A stretch of DNA of 64,000 nt. It comes from Podarcis filfolensis. Lineage: Eukaryota. Under the pieces are notes generated by a model. That model was not told the origin of the DNA and ran no database searches. It saw nothing but the letters and a program-made list of their open reading frames with translations. A program made the translations under genes and the position numbers. The stretch's first letter is position 1. Each line of letters starts with the position of its first letter. Shown here piece after piece: positions 26,449-39,379 of the stretch. Where the stretch lies: the NCBI GenBank assembly GCA_964270895.1, contig OZ185436.1; one strand, 5' to 3'.

Positions 26449-27174
26449 TATAGTAATTGCATATAAAATCCTTTTTAAAAAAGGTCGGGGAGATTTCCCT
26501 GACATTTGTCTTCCCTGAAGATTATGATAAATGTTGGTTTGAAAAGAAACAAATAATTAGGGTGTTCTCATAGCCCAGTGTGAATTCCTGTGGACATTAC
26601 AACTTCCCACACAGACTTAGTGCTAACCTGCAACTTACAGATACAAAGTGTCATATGCAGAGGGTCTTGTTTTGGAAGCATTTATTTGTATGTGTCAATG
26701 TATTGTCACATGTTATGCTGATCACAGGTTATTTGATAGAAAATATTTTTTCAACTGTTTCTACTAAAGGCTGCTGTAAGTTTGATACTTGCCCATGAAA
26801 CACTAGCTGTTTATGTATATTGCTGCTGATGGAATTTATTTCATTCATAATTTTATAGAATGCAAGTCTAAGTTACAGATAAATTCTCAAGGTTACAAAC
26901 CATTACATTAGTCACATCACTTAAAATACAACGAAGAGAAACCAGTTAGACAAAATATACGATCATCTCCTCACAGTCCAAGACACAGACATTTTGGAGG
27001 AAAACTTCAGTTGGTTTACTTGCCTTATTGCTACATATCATAATCTATTCAGTGTGAAAGAGCAAGATCAGAAAAAAGAATGTTTTCACCCCCTGCCTGA
27101 TCTTTTCCTATATGTAGTAAGAACCTTTTTTTTTTTTGCTCAATACTACCCAGTCCCTTCAGAGGAACACTCAC

Positions 27175-27322
27175 CATGGCAAAAAGGTTATCATAGCCCT
27201 TTACTTTGGTGGGGACTTTTGAAAATTTCTGGTCGAAAGCATCTGATATGTTATGAGCAGGATCGGTGGAGATGATGAGGACACTCTCCCGCACTTTGGA
27301 CAGCTGCACAGCCAGGCTGCAG
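27175..27322 (-). CDS. GET3: GET3 exon 2 ([49 protein letters not shown])
   Basis: 148 nt, switch I STDPAH motif. Confidence 0.97.
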
Positions 27323-28547
27323 CTAGATTCAGGAAGTAAAGCAATGTGCAGTTATTAACATCACAAAAGGAAATACATACAAACATAGAACATAAGCTCT
27401 TCAGCTATCACAGTCTTAGTAGGTCTGTTTGGATTTGTCCACCCTAAGAGATTATGATCCAAAGACTTGCAACTTTGCTTCTCTATGGAGGTGCTTACTT
27501 GGCACAGACAAGTAGCTACTCAGAAGCAGCCAAATCATATGCACATTGGCTTAGCAAAACAGCTCACTCCTGAGTAAGTGTGCACAGAATGACAGCTTCA
27601 GCTATTTAACTTGTGATACCCCCTCTTTCAAGACAGGTTACCTCCCCCCCCCAAAAAAAACCAGGCCAAATAATGTATTACTGAGTTTATTATGAGTCAC
27701 CACAAAGTAAATCTAGAATATATTGAAAGCCCACACTTTAAAAGGTTTAACCCTAGACATCAAAATCCAACACACACACACAGACCAGCCAAAATTTAAT
27801 AGCCTCTAATACTTGTATTCTAAGTTCTGATCTACAATTTTAAAAATCTTTTTGAAGAAAAGGCATTGCACAATGGGAAACCTACCACTACAAGGTTATT
27901 CCACAACAGCAATGCTAATATAATCAAGAAGGTATTGTTGGCAGAGTTGCACAAGGAAATAGGCAAGCTACAAATTAAGTCAATCCAAGCCATTTGGGGG
28001 TTTACAAGATAAAGCTATGCCTAGAAGGCAGTGAGGGTTCAGTCCAAGTACCAGAACAATTACATTCTTCAGAATTTGTCTGAAAATGCATTCTGCTCTA
28101 AATGAAGTTTTCAGTCATCAAGGACAACCACACATAAAAGCAGCTTCAAATACTTAGTCTTGAGATTAAGAAGGCGTAAATGACCACTGTCAAAATATGA
28201 ATCTGAAAAAGGAAGGCACCCAACCCCTATGCTTCTGCTCAGTTTCATCCAGTCTCGCATCTGAAGCAGGGTGCCCCAAATCCCATGATATTTACATACA
28301 GTGGCATGAAGGTGCATACAATTCGCTTGCCTAATAAGACACTATTCTCCATAGCTTAATGAGATGCGGACGTTCAACAGGTAGAGCTTTTGCCAGCAGA
28401 GGTTCAGGGGCATGAAAGCTGCGCTTGCTGGGTTTCTGCCTGTCACACAGCTCCTGAAAAGGCACAGCAGCAGCTGCCAAGGAGAGAGAAAGGCGGAGGC
28501 AGCAATGTCTGCCATCCTTCCCAACGACATCTCCCTGACCAACCCAC

Positions 28548-28711
28548 CTGCAGGTGGTCTTGCCAACGCCACCCTTCCCTCCGACGAAAATCCATTTCAG
28601 GCTCCGCTGCTCGATGATGTTACTCAGTGTCGGTTCCAGCGGCTCCACGTCTGGTGCGTCCTCGAACTCATCCGCCTCAGTCGCCAACCCAGATGCCGCC
28701 GCCGTCGCCAT
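28548..28711 (-). CDS. GET3: GET3 exon 1 ([54 protein letters not shown])
   Basis: ATG at 28711 in AAGATGG context, deviant Walker [11 protein letters not shown] donor. All seven exons give 349 aa. Confidence 0.97.
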
Positions 28712-29650
28712 CTTGAAACCAAAATCACGTGACAAGACGCAGAGCTACACCATCTTGTAGGGAGATTCAGGTTGGTTGTCCCCGCTCAGCGCCTTCGCTC
28801 ATTAACAGGAAGCAAGGCGCGCAAGTACTCTTCCCGACCTCGCCCTGCTCTTCAGATCCTTCAATCACACAAGATGCTCAAACCGGTGCGTCACAAAAAG
28901 GTTGAGTAACACAGTAATCGCACCCCTTCCTAGTCGGCTGATATGGTCTTGCCCACACTTGTCTTATCTCAGCCTATAGGCCGGCAGCTTCCTTTCTTGA
29001 TTGGCTCCTGAACCGCTTTCTGAAGGAGCTCCCACCCACCCCAAACGCCCGCCTCCCGCTGTTTCTGATTGGTAAAATGCTCACTCCATCATCGATTTCC
29101 CCCCCCCCCCGAAGGCTGCGGCCCGTTGCCTTTTTTGATTGGCTCAGAAGGCCTGTCAGTATCCCGCAGGGCGGACGCGCCCTGTCGGTCTGCGATACTT
29201 CTCCTTTTTTTTTTTTTGACGTGCGTGGGCAGCCTAGCAACGTCGCCTCTCCCGTCGTGCTTTGCGGCGCCGGCGTCGTCACCGCTCCCCACCGTGCGCC
29301 AGGGCGCGTACGCTCAAGGCAGGGAGGGCGGCGCAAGATGGCGGCGGCGCAAGGCAGGGGCCCAGGCTCCGAGGCGGCCGGGCCGGGCGGAGTGAACGTG
29401 TTCGCCAACGACGGCTCCTTCCTAGAGCTCTTCAAGCGGCGCATGGAAGAGGCCGCCGCCGCGGGAGGGAGGAGCGGACCGGGAGCGGGGAAAGCGGGGG
29501 CCGAAAAGCAGAGAGAGACCGAGTCTCGGCCGGAGCCGCCCGGGGAACAGGAGCCGCCGGAAAAGAAGCGGAGCGGGAGCGCCCTCAGCTTCGTAAGGGA
29601 TCCGGGCCCTGACACCCCCTCCTCCCCTTTCCCTTGGCTTACTCCTCTTC
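28700..29650. promoter_or_regulatory. CpG-island bidirectional promoter shared by GET3 and TRIR
   Basis: ATGs are 627 bp apart head to head. ATTGG at 29000, 29068 and 29138; E-box TCACGTGA near 28726; YY1-type AAGATGGCG over both start codons. Confidence 0.85.
29338..29592 (+). CDS. TRIR: TRIR/C19orf43 exon 1 (MAAAQGRG...GGVNVFANDGSFLELFKRRMEE...SALSF)
   Basis: Conserved FANDGSFLELFK motif; donor TTC|GTAAGG. Confidence 0.93.
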
Positions 29651-31888
29651 GCTTTCTGCCTCCGCCCTCCCCAGACCCCAAAGGACCGAGGCGTTGGCTG
29701 TCGCCTTCTGCCTGCCAGTTTTCATCTCCTTTCCTGACATGGTCGCGTGTGTCCTTAATAGGTGCTTGGCAGGCAGAAGTTCAACGGGTGAAGCACTTCC
29801 TCACCCCTGTAAAATGTTCTCTCTTCCCCTCCCCCCAGTATTTCTGTTACGGTAGCGGAATAATGTTACTAGGAGCACTGTTAAATTCTCTTCCTCCTCC
29901 GAGCTCTCGACAAAGTTTTTCAAAGCTCACTTTAATTCACGTTATAAATTTAGTGCTGATCCCCCTCGCCCCGGTAATATATAGCATAGGAGTATGCAGC
30001 AAGCAATTTTTTTAAAATATCTGTTGACAGTGGTTGCATACTATAGTCGACATCTGTCATTGCTGTGCAAGTTAATGTTTTACTGGGTTTGTTCATATTG
30101 ATTTTAAGTAGGCAGTTCTAGAATAAGTGCTGTCCCCAATAAATGTTGGGAGGCTATTTTTACTTAACTAGTCCTGATCTCAGTCTATAAAGTAAACATC
30201 AAAATCCCTTTTATTCTCTGACCATAAACATATTTGCTCAGAAACTCATTAATTTCAGCGTGCCTTATTTCCAAGTGGGTGAACTTTAAGTTCCAAGCTT
30301 GCCTTTTGGGGTTCTTAATAATCCTGCCCCATGATGGAACTACCTGCTGCTGTGCATTTCTAAAAATCAAAGCCATTCAGTAGCCACAGCCAAAATACTC
30401 CAACAAAATTATGACAATTTTTTTTTAAAAAAACCTACTGAATCTTAACTTGGGACAGATAAAAGTGCAAGGTGCAAAATAAATAATTGGAGAAACATTC
30501 TCTTTTCTGCCTCCTTCTGAGAAACTTAAAGTGTCAATCCTGATGTGTGGAATATAGATTCAAATTGGAAGTAGGAGATCTAGAAGGCCATCCTGTGAAC
30601 TGCAAGTAAAATACCACCACATAATGCTTTGATTTAGCTGTGTTTTGGAGAACCACCTGATAGAGACTGATACAGGCCTTATATGAAAACAAAGGAACTG
30701 AGGTGTATTAAGATAAACTAGGCCTTTTTTCTTAAAGCAAACCAGGAGTTTTCCCTGCTTTAAACAGCTGTTGGCAAGTAAATGGATTTTTTGTCTAGCA
30801 TATGGAAGTTTTTCTGCACAGATAGTATCATTCTTACAACAGAATGAAATCCGTTCAACATCCGTATTGGTGTGATAATTCTGAAATAAGCTGCTATTTG
30901 GTTCCCAGCTGGATAGAGAAGAATGCAAATGTGACTGTATTCTCTATTGGTTTAGCATTAATAACATAGCCTGTTATAGAAAAGGGGAGGCTACTCAGAA
31001 TGGAATAACAACACGGTGCTCTGTGTTTACTAAAAAATAAGCTGTTGAGTTCAGTGGGAATTAATACCAGATTATTGTGTATGGAATTGCAGGCTAAGAG
31101 TAACAAAATTAGTATTTTTTCCCTTTCAGTCTTATGAAACCTGGAGTCTCTAGATAGAGGATTCTTGGAGATGGAGCATATGTTTGGGCATATGGCATTA
31201 GTGGTGCTGTGAATAGGAAGAGCATAGGGGGCATGTACTGCAGGAATTTCAGGATGTGAGCAGGGTTCTGATAGTGGACATTGAAACCCTGCTCTTGTTC
31301 CTTAGATTTTAGCGGAAGGACCCCATCTATTTTCAAGCTTGTTTTTTTTCAAAATGAAAGCTGAAATTTCATATCTTAAGCCTCGAGCTGCTCTTAGAAA
31401 TCCATTTTTTGTTTTATGGAGATTATACAGATTTATAGAATGACAGTAGCACACACAGCCCCTCCCTAGACAGGAATAAGACTGACTGTGCCAACTTGAT
31501 TGTCCTTGTAATTATTAGGAAATCAAACAGTTTCATGTATGTTTTGATGTTTTAGGGGAATGTGAGTGGAAGTTCAGTGTTGATCCTATTTTCTAATGGA
31601 CATTGAGCCTGGAAAGCATTCAAAATACTTCATTTTCTTATAAAATGTGTCTTTTAATGTTTGGGCTAATCTGTACAGATGTATTGGTGAACACTGCTAA
31701 GGTGCCCTTTTACCCTCCTAGCACAACGGTGTAGGTAACGCTCGGCAGCTCTGTACTGACTGACAGGTGTGATGGCGAGCTAAGATGATCTAATTGAAGG
31801 ACTCCCTATACCGTTATATAGTGGGCAACATTCCCCTTGCAGCTCCCAGGCTCGTATAACGGTTGCAGTCTTCTGTCCCTTCACCCAG

Positions 31889-31966
31889 GTGGGCAAGCGG
31901 AGAGGGGGCAGCAAGCTAGCCCTGAAGACAGGAGTGGTAGCCAAGAAACAAAAGACAGAGGATGAG
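31889..31966 (+). CDS. TRIR: TRIR exon 2 (VGKRRGGSKLALKTGVVAKKQKTEDE)
   Basis: 78 nt, AG/GT boundaries, matches TRIR. Confidence 0.95.
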
Positions 31967-32958
31967 GTAAGTTAGCATGAACCTCATTTATGTCAGCTTG
32001 ACAGCCCATGGGGCAGCAATGCTTTTGCTTCCATTTCAGCAGGAATGGAAGTTGAAGCTAATATTCTTCTCCCTCATGCTATCTAAGTTTGGCACTGATG
32101 TTGACCTTCCATCTTTAGGGAAATGGCCATCTTTGGAGTGCGAGAAAATTTGTAGGAGAACTGAAGAATGATTTTTGGCCTCTGCTAGAATCTCAGGGGC
32201 AGGTTGCTTTAATTTGTGTATGTGAGGGGAGGGAGAGAGAAAGAGACAACCCACAGAAAGAATATGAACTCTGCAATAACGGCAGTGGCAGCCCTTCAAT
32301 GAAAAACTGCTATATAGGTCTACAGGAGCAGCAGAAGAGTACTTTATTTCTTGTTCCTGCTTCAGTTGTGATAATAGCAATGAAGCTGGAAGCTTGTGTT
32401 CTTCCTTAGTAGGAAAGGTGCTTGTCAAGTGAACTGAAGAACTGATATTTCCTAGTTAAGTGTTACGCTTCCCTGTCTATTTCATTTTTGTAAAGAGGGT
32501 TGTTTCAAATGCTGCATTTACAGAGTTCCTCTTGCATAATAGGACTCCCATCCTCGCATGCACCTTCAAAATCTGCTGCAGAGGGTCCTTGTGAGGACTG
32601 GAAAGGAGAAGATAGGAACGTCTGTTACAGCAGCACTGACTATGACCCAGTTCTTTTAATTCCAATGAGATAATGGCAGATCAAGTAGCTGGGGTTATCC
32701 TCCTTTTGTCTTCACAATATTATGTGGTAGGTTAGACTAAAGAGATGTTGACTACCCCAGTGTCATACTGTGAGGTTTATAGCTGAGCAAGAATTTGAAC
32801 CTGGGGCTTCCTAGTACAACCCACAGATTCCTAGTTAGATGGTTAGGTTTATGCCATTGTTTTTTGAGTGTTAATGTTTTCTGTATATGGTGTGCTTCTG
32901 AATAAAATAATTTGAGATATGTAACATGTCATTTTTGCCTCTCCTGTTTTGTTTGTAG

Positions 32959-33066
32959 GTTTTGACAAGTAAAGGTGATGCGTGGGCCAAATATATGGCT
33001 GAAGTGAAAAAATACAAAGCCCACCAGTGCAGTGATGATGATAAAACCCGACCTTTGGTGAAATAA
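32959..33066 (+). CDS. TRIR: TRIR exon 3 (VLTSKGDAWAKYMAEVKKYKAHQCSDDDKTRPLVK*)
   Basis: Conserved C-terminus, TAA at 33064-66; 146 aa in total. Confidence 0.96.
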   Translation, partial: VLTSKGDAWAKYMAEVKKYKAHQCSDDDKTRPLVK

Positions 33067-35839
33067 CTCTCATCTCCAGCTTGGACTTTCTCTGATGTAC
33101 ATAATTATTTAAAACGTCAAAGGAGAGTAGCTCTGCCCCACAGACTGACTGCTGCCACGGCAGCAGGTGACTTGCCATGCTTTTATATCTGGGAATTTAG
33201 AGCCTCCTTCATTGGTTCATTTATTGTTATCTTCTTTCTTCTGAGAACTAAGAACTTTGACTTAGTTGCAGGATTTTTTAATTTGTAATCCCCAAAATAG
33301 TGGAATTGGTCTGATATGTCTTTCCCTGAATCACCAGGCAACATACCATGCCCACAAAATCTTTAGCATTAAACCTTTGCTTAACACTTCCAGTACTCCT
33401 CAAGTTTCCACAATGGGATAAGCTAAATGGATCCGTTTTGCCAAATGCGTTATCTGTTTCTGTTGAAGATGAACTTAACATGTGGTCACAATTTCCAAAT
33501 CCGCATTGCAGACAACAGTAATTCCAGAACACTTTGATGAAAAGGTGACCAGTGCTGAGTTCCTTGGTATGCTTAGTATATGACAATTCTGTGAGTGCAT
33601 TTCTGCTTCTGTTTTTTCCTCTCCATTTCACTGTACAATACAGTGTGTTATGTGGTTTTATTCTGAATTCCAGTTGCTGCTGATTAAGCTCATTCCTTGC
33701 CTTCTGCTATGCATGCTCCAATTTAGCACTGCAGATTATGTTGTGCCTATCTGCTAGCTAAGAAGGTAGAAACTTGGTCTGCACTTAAACCCAATATTAG
33801 GAGAAAAATTGGCTAAAATTACAACAAACGTGCTCTGGAACAAATGGAATTTCCAGATATTATGATTCTAGCCTTTGACTAGCCCCTCTGTTCCAGTCCT
33901 GGGCTTTGTGGCCAGAGTTCTTTGAGAAAGGCTGTTTGTCTAGCAGTTGTTTGCTGTGTGCATGGGAGCCTATGTTTCTCTTTTTTTATTTTCCATTTAG
34001 ACTCCTTATACTTTCAGTGAAGTAGTGTACTAAAGCTGAAACTCAGATAGTTTCTGCAGTGATGTGAGTTCTGTCACTGAGAGTAACTGGGGATGACAAC
34101 TTCATAGAAAGGCCTCGGGTACATTCTTAGCAGTTGAAATGTCAAGAAATGAGAATACAAACAAGACCTTTTCTAGGATAATTTATAGCCCCCAATTTTT
34201 GTGTTGAGGGTGCAGTTGGGCTTATGTTTGAATCTTACTCTATTTGTGCCATTTCCTTTTCATGGAACAGGCGCTTTGTGTCAGAGAACAGATATGAAAT
34301 ACCCAACTTCTGCTCAATGCAAAACATACTTGCAGAAGATTTTTAAGCTGAAGGAAAACCAGCTGAAGTTTTATATTCTCATCTAGGAGAGGCCTAAAGG
34401 GTGTGTGTTATGTTATTGAACAGCCTTTAGGCCAAATGTTTTATATATAAATGCCCTCTCTGCGGAAAAGGTCACTGCTTTCTACCAATCAGAATACTCT
34501 GACAGTTGTGTAGGACATGGGAAGTGGAGGAAATACTGGATTGAATCCTGTCTGCAACCCCCAAATCTGCTTTGGATGTTTGGGGGAAATCCCAAAGCAG
34601 ATTTTGGAAGGGAGGTAGAGGCAGGAAAGGGAGTGGAAGTTCCATGGTGTGAGCAGAAGTCATTCTGCTAATTCAGTGATTCTGTTGGGTACAACTCAAC
34701 ACTCTTGTTTAATTAGTTATGTACACTTGCTGGAATCTCAGCCGACTTGAGTCCTGTTCAGATCTTTATTCAGCAGAAGATCTAGGAGGGGTGTGTACAT
34801 CTATATGTGTGTAGGCTCTTCAGTGTGATTAGGAAACCTAATCATGTGGCAGAAACTTTCATACATATGACCGTATGCATGTCAAACACTATTTCAGACC
34901 TGAATAGGTAGAGATTGGGGAAAGGGCTGGAAGACATCACCACTTGCTGTATTCAGTTTGAGGTAGTGTCTGAAAGGGGCTCGGGGTGGTCATATATGAG
35001 ACTTTACTGTTTAAAGCCTGAAGCAACTTGGAAGGGTTAAATATTTCACTGGTATCTGGTTACACACCTGTTATAAAGTGGTGGCAGTTTGCTTCCTTGT
35101 TCTACACTAGAGCAGACTCCTTTATTGCTTTTGACCTCCACAACCTGGCTTAGAGCACTGATAATCATTCTTACTACTAGCTTTTTAAAATAAAATTCTG
35201 TTGTGGATATTGATTCGCTAGCTTTGTCTTGTTTCCTTTCTATTTCTTTTTTATGATAAAAGGTATTTTTACTTATACAGGTAGTGACCATTTTGCGTGT
35301 GGTCAGTTGAAAAGTGACGGCCAGCAGATGGGTTGTTTTGGACCCAGTGGAGGGTGGAATGGGGACAGGGTGGGCTTATGTGCACTTCTCTGAAGAGTGC
35401 AAATGTCAAGAATGCAACCCCTGTGCAAATGGGGAGTTGCCTGTATAACCTATGGCTGGGTAAGTACCTTTCAGAGGTAATCATGCTACTCTGTTGCAGC
35501 AAAAACAGTAAATATGTGGCACCTTGAAGACTTAAATATATTAGTGGTATGTGCATTTGTGGACTAAAGTACTTGATCATATGCAAGAAGTGTTATCTTT
35601 TTAATTTTATACACAGACATTGGTAGTGGGTTTAGGATATAAAATGCAAGAAACGTTAAAAATTATGTTAAAACTTAATATATGTAAAATCATTAGTGAT
35701 TCAACACTGTTTTGAGAATATTCACTAATGATTTTATGTATTTAAGTTTTAACATAGGAGGAAATTCTAAAAGGCACAAACTAGACTAACTACACTGTTA
35801 ATAGTTCTCCCTCTCCTATCACATGCATGTGGAATCCAA

Positions 35840-36025
35840 TGTGATGTAGTGGTTGAGAGTGCTGGACCTGGAGCTTGGAAGATGAACATTCAAATCCCCA
35901 TTTGACCATGAAGCTCATTGGATGACCATGGGCCAATCACTTTCTTTCAGCTTAATGGGCTACAAGGATAAAATGGGGGAAAGGCAAACAATGTACACTC
36001 TTTAAACTCTTCACAGTAAGTACAG
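35840..36025 (+). mobile_element. MIR/Squam2-like SINE
   Basis: tRNA-like GTGTAGTGGTTGAGAGTGCTGGAC head and L2-like tail. Similar copies near 44355-44555 (+) and 63730-63945 (-). Confidence 0.6.
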
Positions 36026-36880
36026 GATATAAACATGCTTTTTAGCTTAGGATAACTTTATGCATCTGGTGAAGGTGTAATTGCACTTTGCTAAGGAACA
36101 TTTCCAGAGGGCAAGAGTCATAGACTGTTCATTCTCTATTCTGGAAAATATGTGGTTAAAGAATGAGCTAATAGCAGGGGTATGAAAACATAGCTTCACA
36201 TTCATTGCAGTTACAACAGTTGCTTGATATATTCATCTTTATTTCTAGGTGTTGCTGCTTGTTCTTTTCAAAACACAATGATAGATAACCCATACAGTAT
36301 ATTTTTGTTCACTGTGAAATTTATTTGAAAGTATCATTTCTGCTAGTTGTTGTTCTGACCTGGTTATATTGCCCCAGCCAGAGCTTTGATCACTTACCTC
36401 TTTTCAGTTGCTTGAGGCCCTATACCTAATTGCCAGCAGAACAACTTTGTTTCCACTCCAGCCAGTCTTCAGATGTGCATTAGACATCCTTTTGATTGAT
36501 GCTAATGTGTGTATCAGGCCAAATGGAACTCAGGATGCTGTTGCTCACTCCACAGTGAACCATCTTTACATATGAAGCTGCCTTATACAGTCGGGCTAGT
36601 AGCATGTCTTGTTCAGTACTGTCTGACTGATGGTGGCTCCTCAGAGCTTTGGGCAGAGGTCTTCACCAGTACTTGATACTTTTCATTAGTGTAGTGGTGC
36701 TGCTCCAGGAGGATTTTGGGGCAGGAATCTTGGGGCCTATTCAGCAGGAGAGCACCCAAATGTAGTACAGCTGGCTTGCCACATTTTTAAATAGGTAAGT
36801 AATGTGTTTTACCATCTAAAGAGTGGAGCCCCCATAAGACTATTAAGTTCAGAATCTAAAATTACGTAACTGTACCACTG

Positions 36881-37238
36881 GATGCGGGTGGCACTGTGGT
36901 CTAAACCACAGAGCCTAGGGCCTGCCAATCAGAAGGTCGGCGGTTCGAATCCCCACGACGGGATGAGCTCCCGTTGCTCGGTCCCAGCTCCTGCCAACCT
37001 AGCAGTTCGAAAGCATGTCAAAGTGCAAGTAGATAAATAGGTACTGCTCCAATGAGAAGGTAAATGGCGTTTCCGTGCGCTGCTCTGGTTTGCCAGAAGC
37101 GGCTTAGTCATGCTGGCCACATGACCCGGAAGCTGTCTGCGGACAAATGCCAGCTCCCTCGGCCAGTAAAGCGAGATGAGCGCCGCAACCCCAAAGTCGT
37201 TCGCGACTGGAGTTTACGGTGAGGGGTCCCTTTACCTT
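36881..37238 (+). mobile_element. Sauria SINE, full length
   Basis: Highly similar to 1785-2142; flanks TACCACTG/TACCATTG look like a TSD. Confidence 0.9.
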
Positions 37239-39207
37239 TACCATTGAATTAGAAATGGCTCTCCACCTTTGGGGAGACAATATGAGTTTTTAAAAATGTC
37301 ATCCCTGCCATTATTATTTTTTCTACTTCTACATTCCTCTCTCCCCTGCTATTTGGTGCAAGCATGTGTTGAAAGTATTGCAAAGGTAAACATGAAACTT
37401 GTAGCAAACCAGCTACAAATCAGGCCCTGATGTGACTGCTGGAGAAGCAGCCTTCAGGAACATAGTTTGAATTTTATCTACTGCTCTACTCCATTTCCCA
37501 TCTCCTGTCATCCCTTTAAGACAACAACTACACTGCTCCTTATTAGTTGTTGCTGTTCCTTCAAGGCAAGAAAGCTCTCTAGGGAACTGGGCTGCAGCTG
37601 CTTCTCTGCTCACCACCCTTGGGATCCTGCTATTGAAAAGTGGTTTGTATGTAGCTTAGAAAGCAGCTGCTGCTATTCCTTTCCTGGGACAATAAGGAAA
37701 GAGGAAGGGCCCAAGTCTCAGCATGGACCTTGCAACTCTAAAATTATGCCTGATCAAAAATGGACTAACCACCAAGTCCATCTTTTGCAAAAGACAAAAG
37801 GTAGTACAGAAAAGAAACACTGATGATTGACCAGTAGAAGAATTCTCCTTGTCAAGTGCTGCTGACATTCATTTTAGCTGGAAAGAGTGATGGAAGAAAA
37901 GGGATATGAGCAGTCCGCTTTGCCCAAATACTTATTTCTACAAGGGATTATATGCAATCTATTTTATTTCCATTTGAATGCAACACACATCAGTTTTACT
38001 TTCAAGTGCTAGATCCTTGTTAAGGACAATGCATAATCAGAAAAGCACTTTCACGCCTCTCCACTTGCAAGGCAATAAACAGCATGACTAAGGGAAGCCT
38101 TTCCAAACAGTGGGCTTGCTGCATGGCATTAATCGCTAGCAGTTTCTTATGGGACAAGAGTCTTCATTTTGTGTAAGGCAAACAGAGTAAACATTGGGCA
38201 AACAAACAGTTTCTTTACCCTTTACAATAGTGCACTTGAATGCCTTAACCTACCATCTGTAGAGGAAGCTTTTGTACTTCATCACTAACTTACTAAAAAG
38301 CTGTTATTTAACAAATAACTCTTCTGTCTCCTTCACCTTAAAAGCATCTTAAAATCTTTACAAGCAGAAGAGAGGAAGTGAAAAGTATGTATCGTTCACT
38401 CCTAGTTGAAACATGAACCTTTAAACAGAAGCACTCTGACTCCAACTACAGAAATCAAGCTCAAGTCCCCGCCAAGGTCGCTGCTCCAAATTGCCCCCAC
38501 AAAGAACTGAGACAAACCCCTTAGACTTGTTTTGTGCATTGTAGCACAAGTGCTACTGGGTAAGATTTCAATAGTGGCCAAGCTTTAAAGACGCCTGTTT
38601 CCCACCTGGTTAAAAGAAGCATTTGTGGGATAATGGAGAAATGCTTTAAAAAAACTCAACACTTCTCAAAACTCCAGATTCTGCCACAAACCAACCAGAG
38701 TTGATGTGACAATGCTAAAACTCCTTTTCTGGATTTGACATTACAAGATCTTTGCAACCAGTGTCAGCTTTAAACAACTCTCTCTTTTGGGTCAAAGAGT
38801 TGCAGTCCCCTCCCATGTAACACCCCAGACCTGTACTTGATAACTCAGTGGGGATTTAAACAGGTACGTGGGTAAGAATAGTCCTAAGGAACAATCTTGA
38901 TCTTCTTAAAAAGAAAAGAAAAAAACAGCATTTGTGGGTGGAGTGAAAGGACAATTCTTGCTTTGCCATTTCGCCCCCAGTCTCCACCTACTCTGGTTAC
39001 AATTCTCAAATATGGCACAAGTCAGCCTTTAGCACAGCCAGCCAAGCTAGAATGGTTCTGTGTTGTCCTCAAGGCCTGGGATCAGATTCTCTGCCATAGG
39101 ATCTTTGGTGTATCCCAGAAGTGTGCAAATAAAAGAGTGTGCCACATCCCAGCCCCCCACACAGCCAGAGCCTGGAAGCATTAACAAGAGCAGGGCACCG
39201 AGCCACC

Positions 39208-39379
39208 TCAGTTAGTCTCGTAGGAGGACAGAAGAGCAGCGTCAACTGGCTCCATGCAAGAAGGGCAGGTGAATGATCGCATCAGCCAGTCGTCAATGCA
39301 GTGAACGTGGTAGATGTGCAGGCAGGGCAAGAACCGGATGGGGTCTCCGTATACAAAATCCAGCATGCAGATCACACAC
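39208..39379 (-). CDS. RNF11-like: RNF11-like exon 3: RING-H2 (CVICMLDFVYGDPIRFLPCLHIYHVHCIDDWLMRSFTCPSCMEPVDAALLSSYETN*)
   Basis: C3H2C3 ligands intact, 172 nt, near-identical to the RNF11 C-terminus. Confidence 0.93.

Noticed and set aside
28712-28735. In-frame TTG 8 codons upstream of the GET3 ATG
   Set aside because: The ATG has strong context and aligns with the known N-terminus; the TTG overlaps the E-box near the probable TSS.
28974-29681. 235-aa antisense ORF over TRIR exon 1
   Set aside because: It starts in a TRIR intron, and the GC-rich CpG island is depleted of stops. No recognisable domain.
29077-30015. 312-aa ORF containing TRIR exon 1
   Set aside because: It is exon 1 plus promoter and retained intron. 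The upstream ATG lies among the CCAAT boxes, probably before the TSS, and the conserved frame leaves at the 29592 donor.
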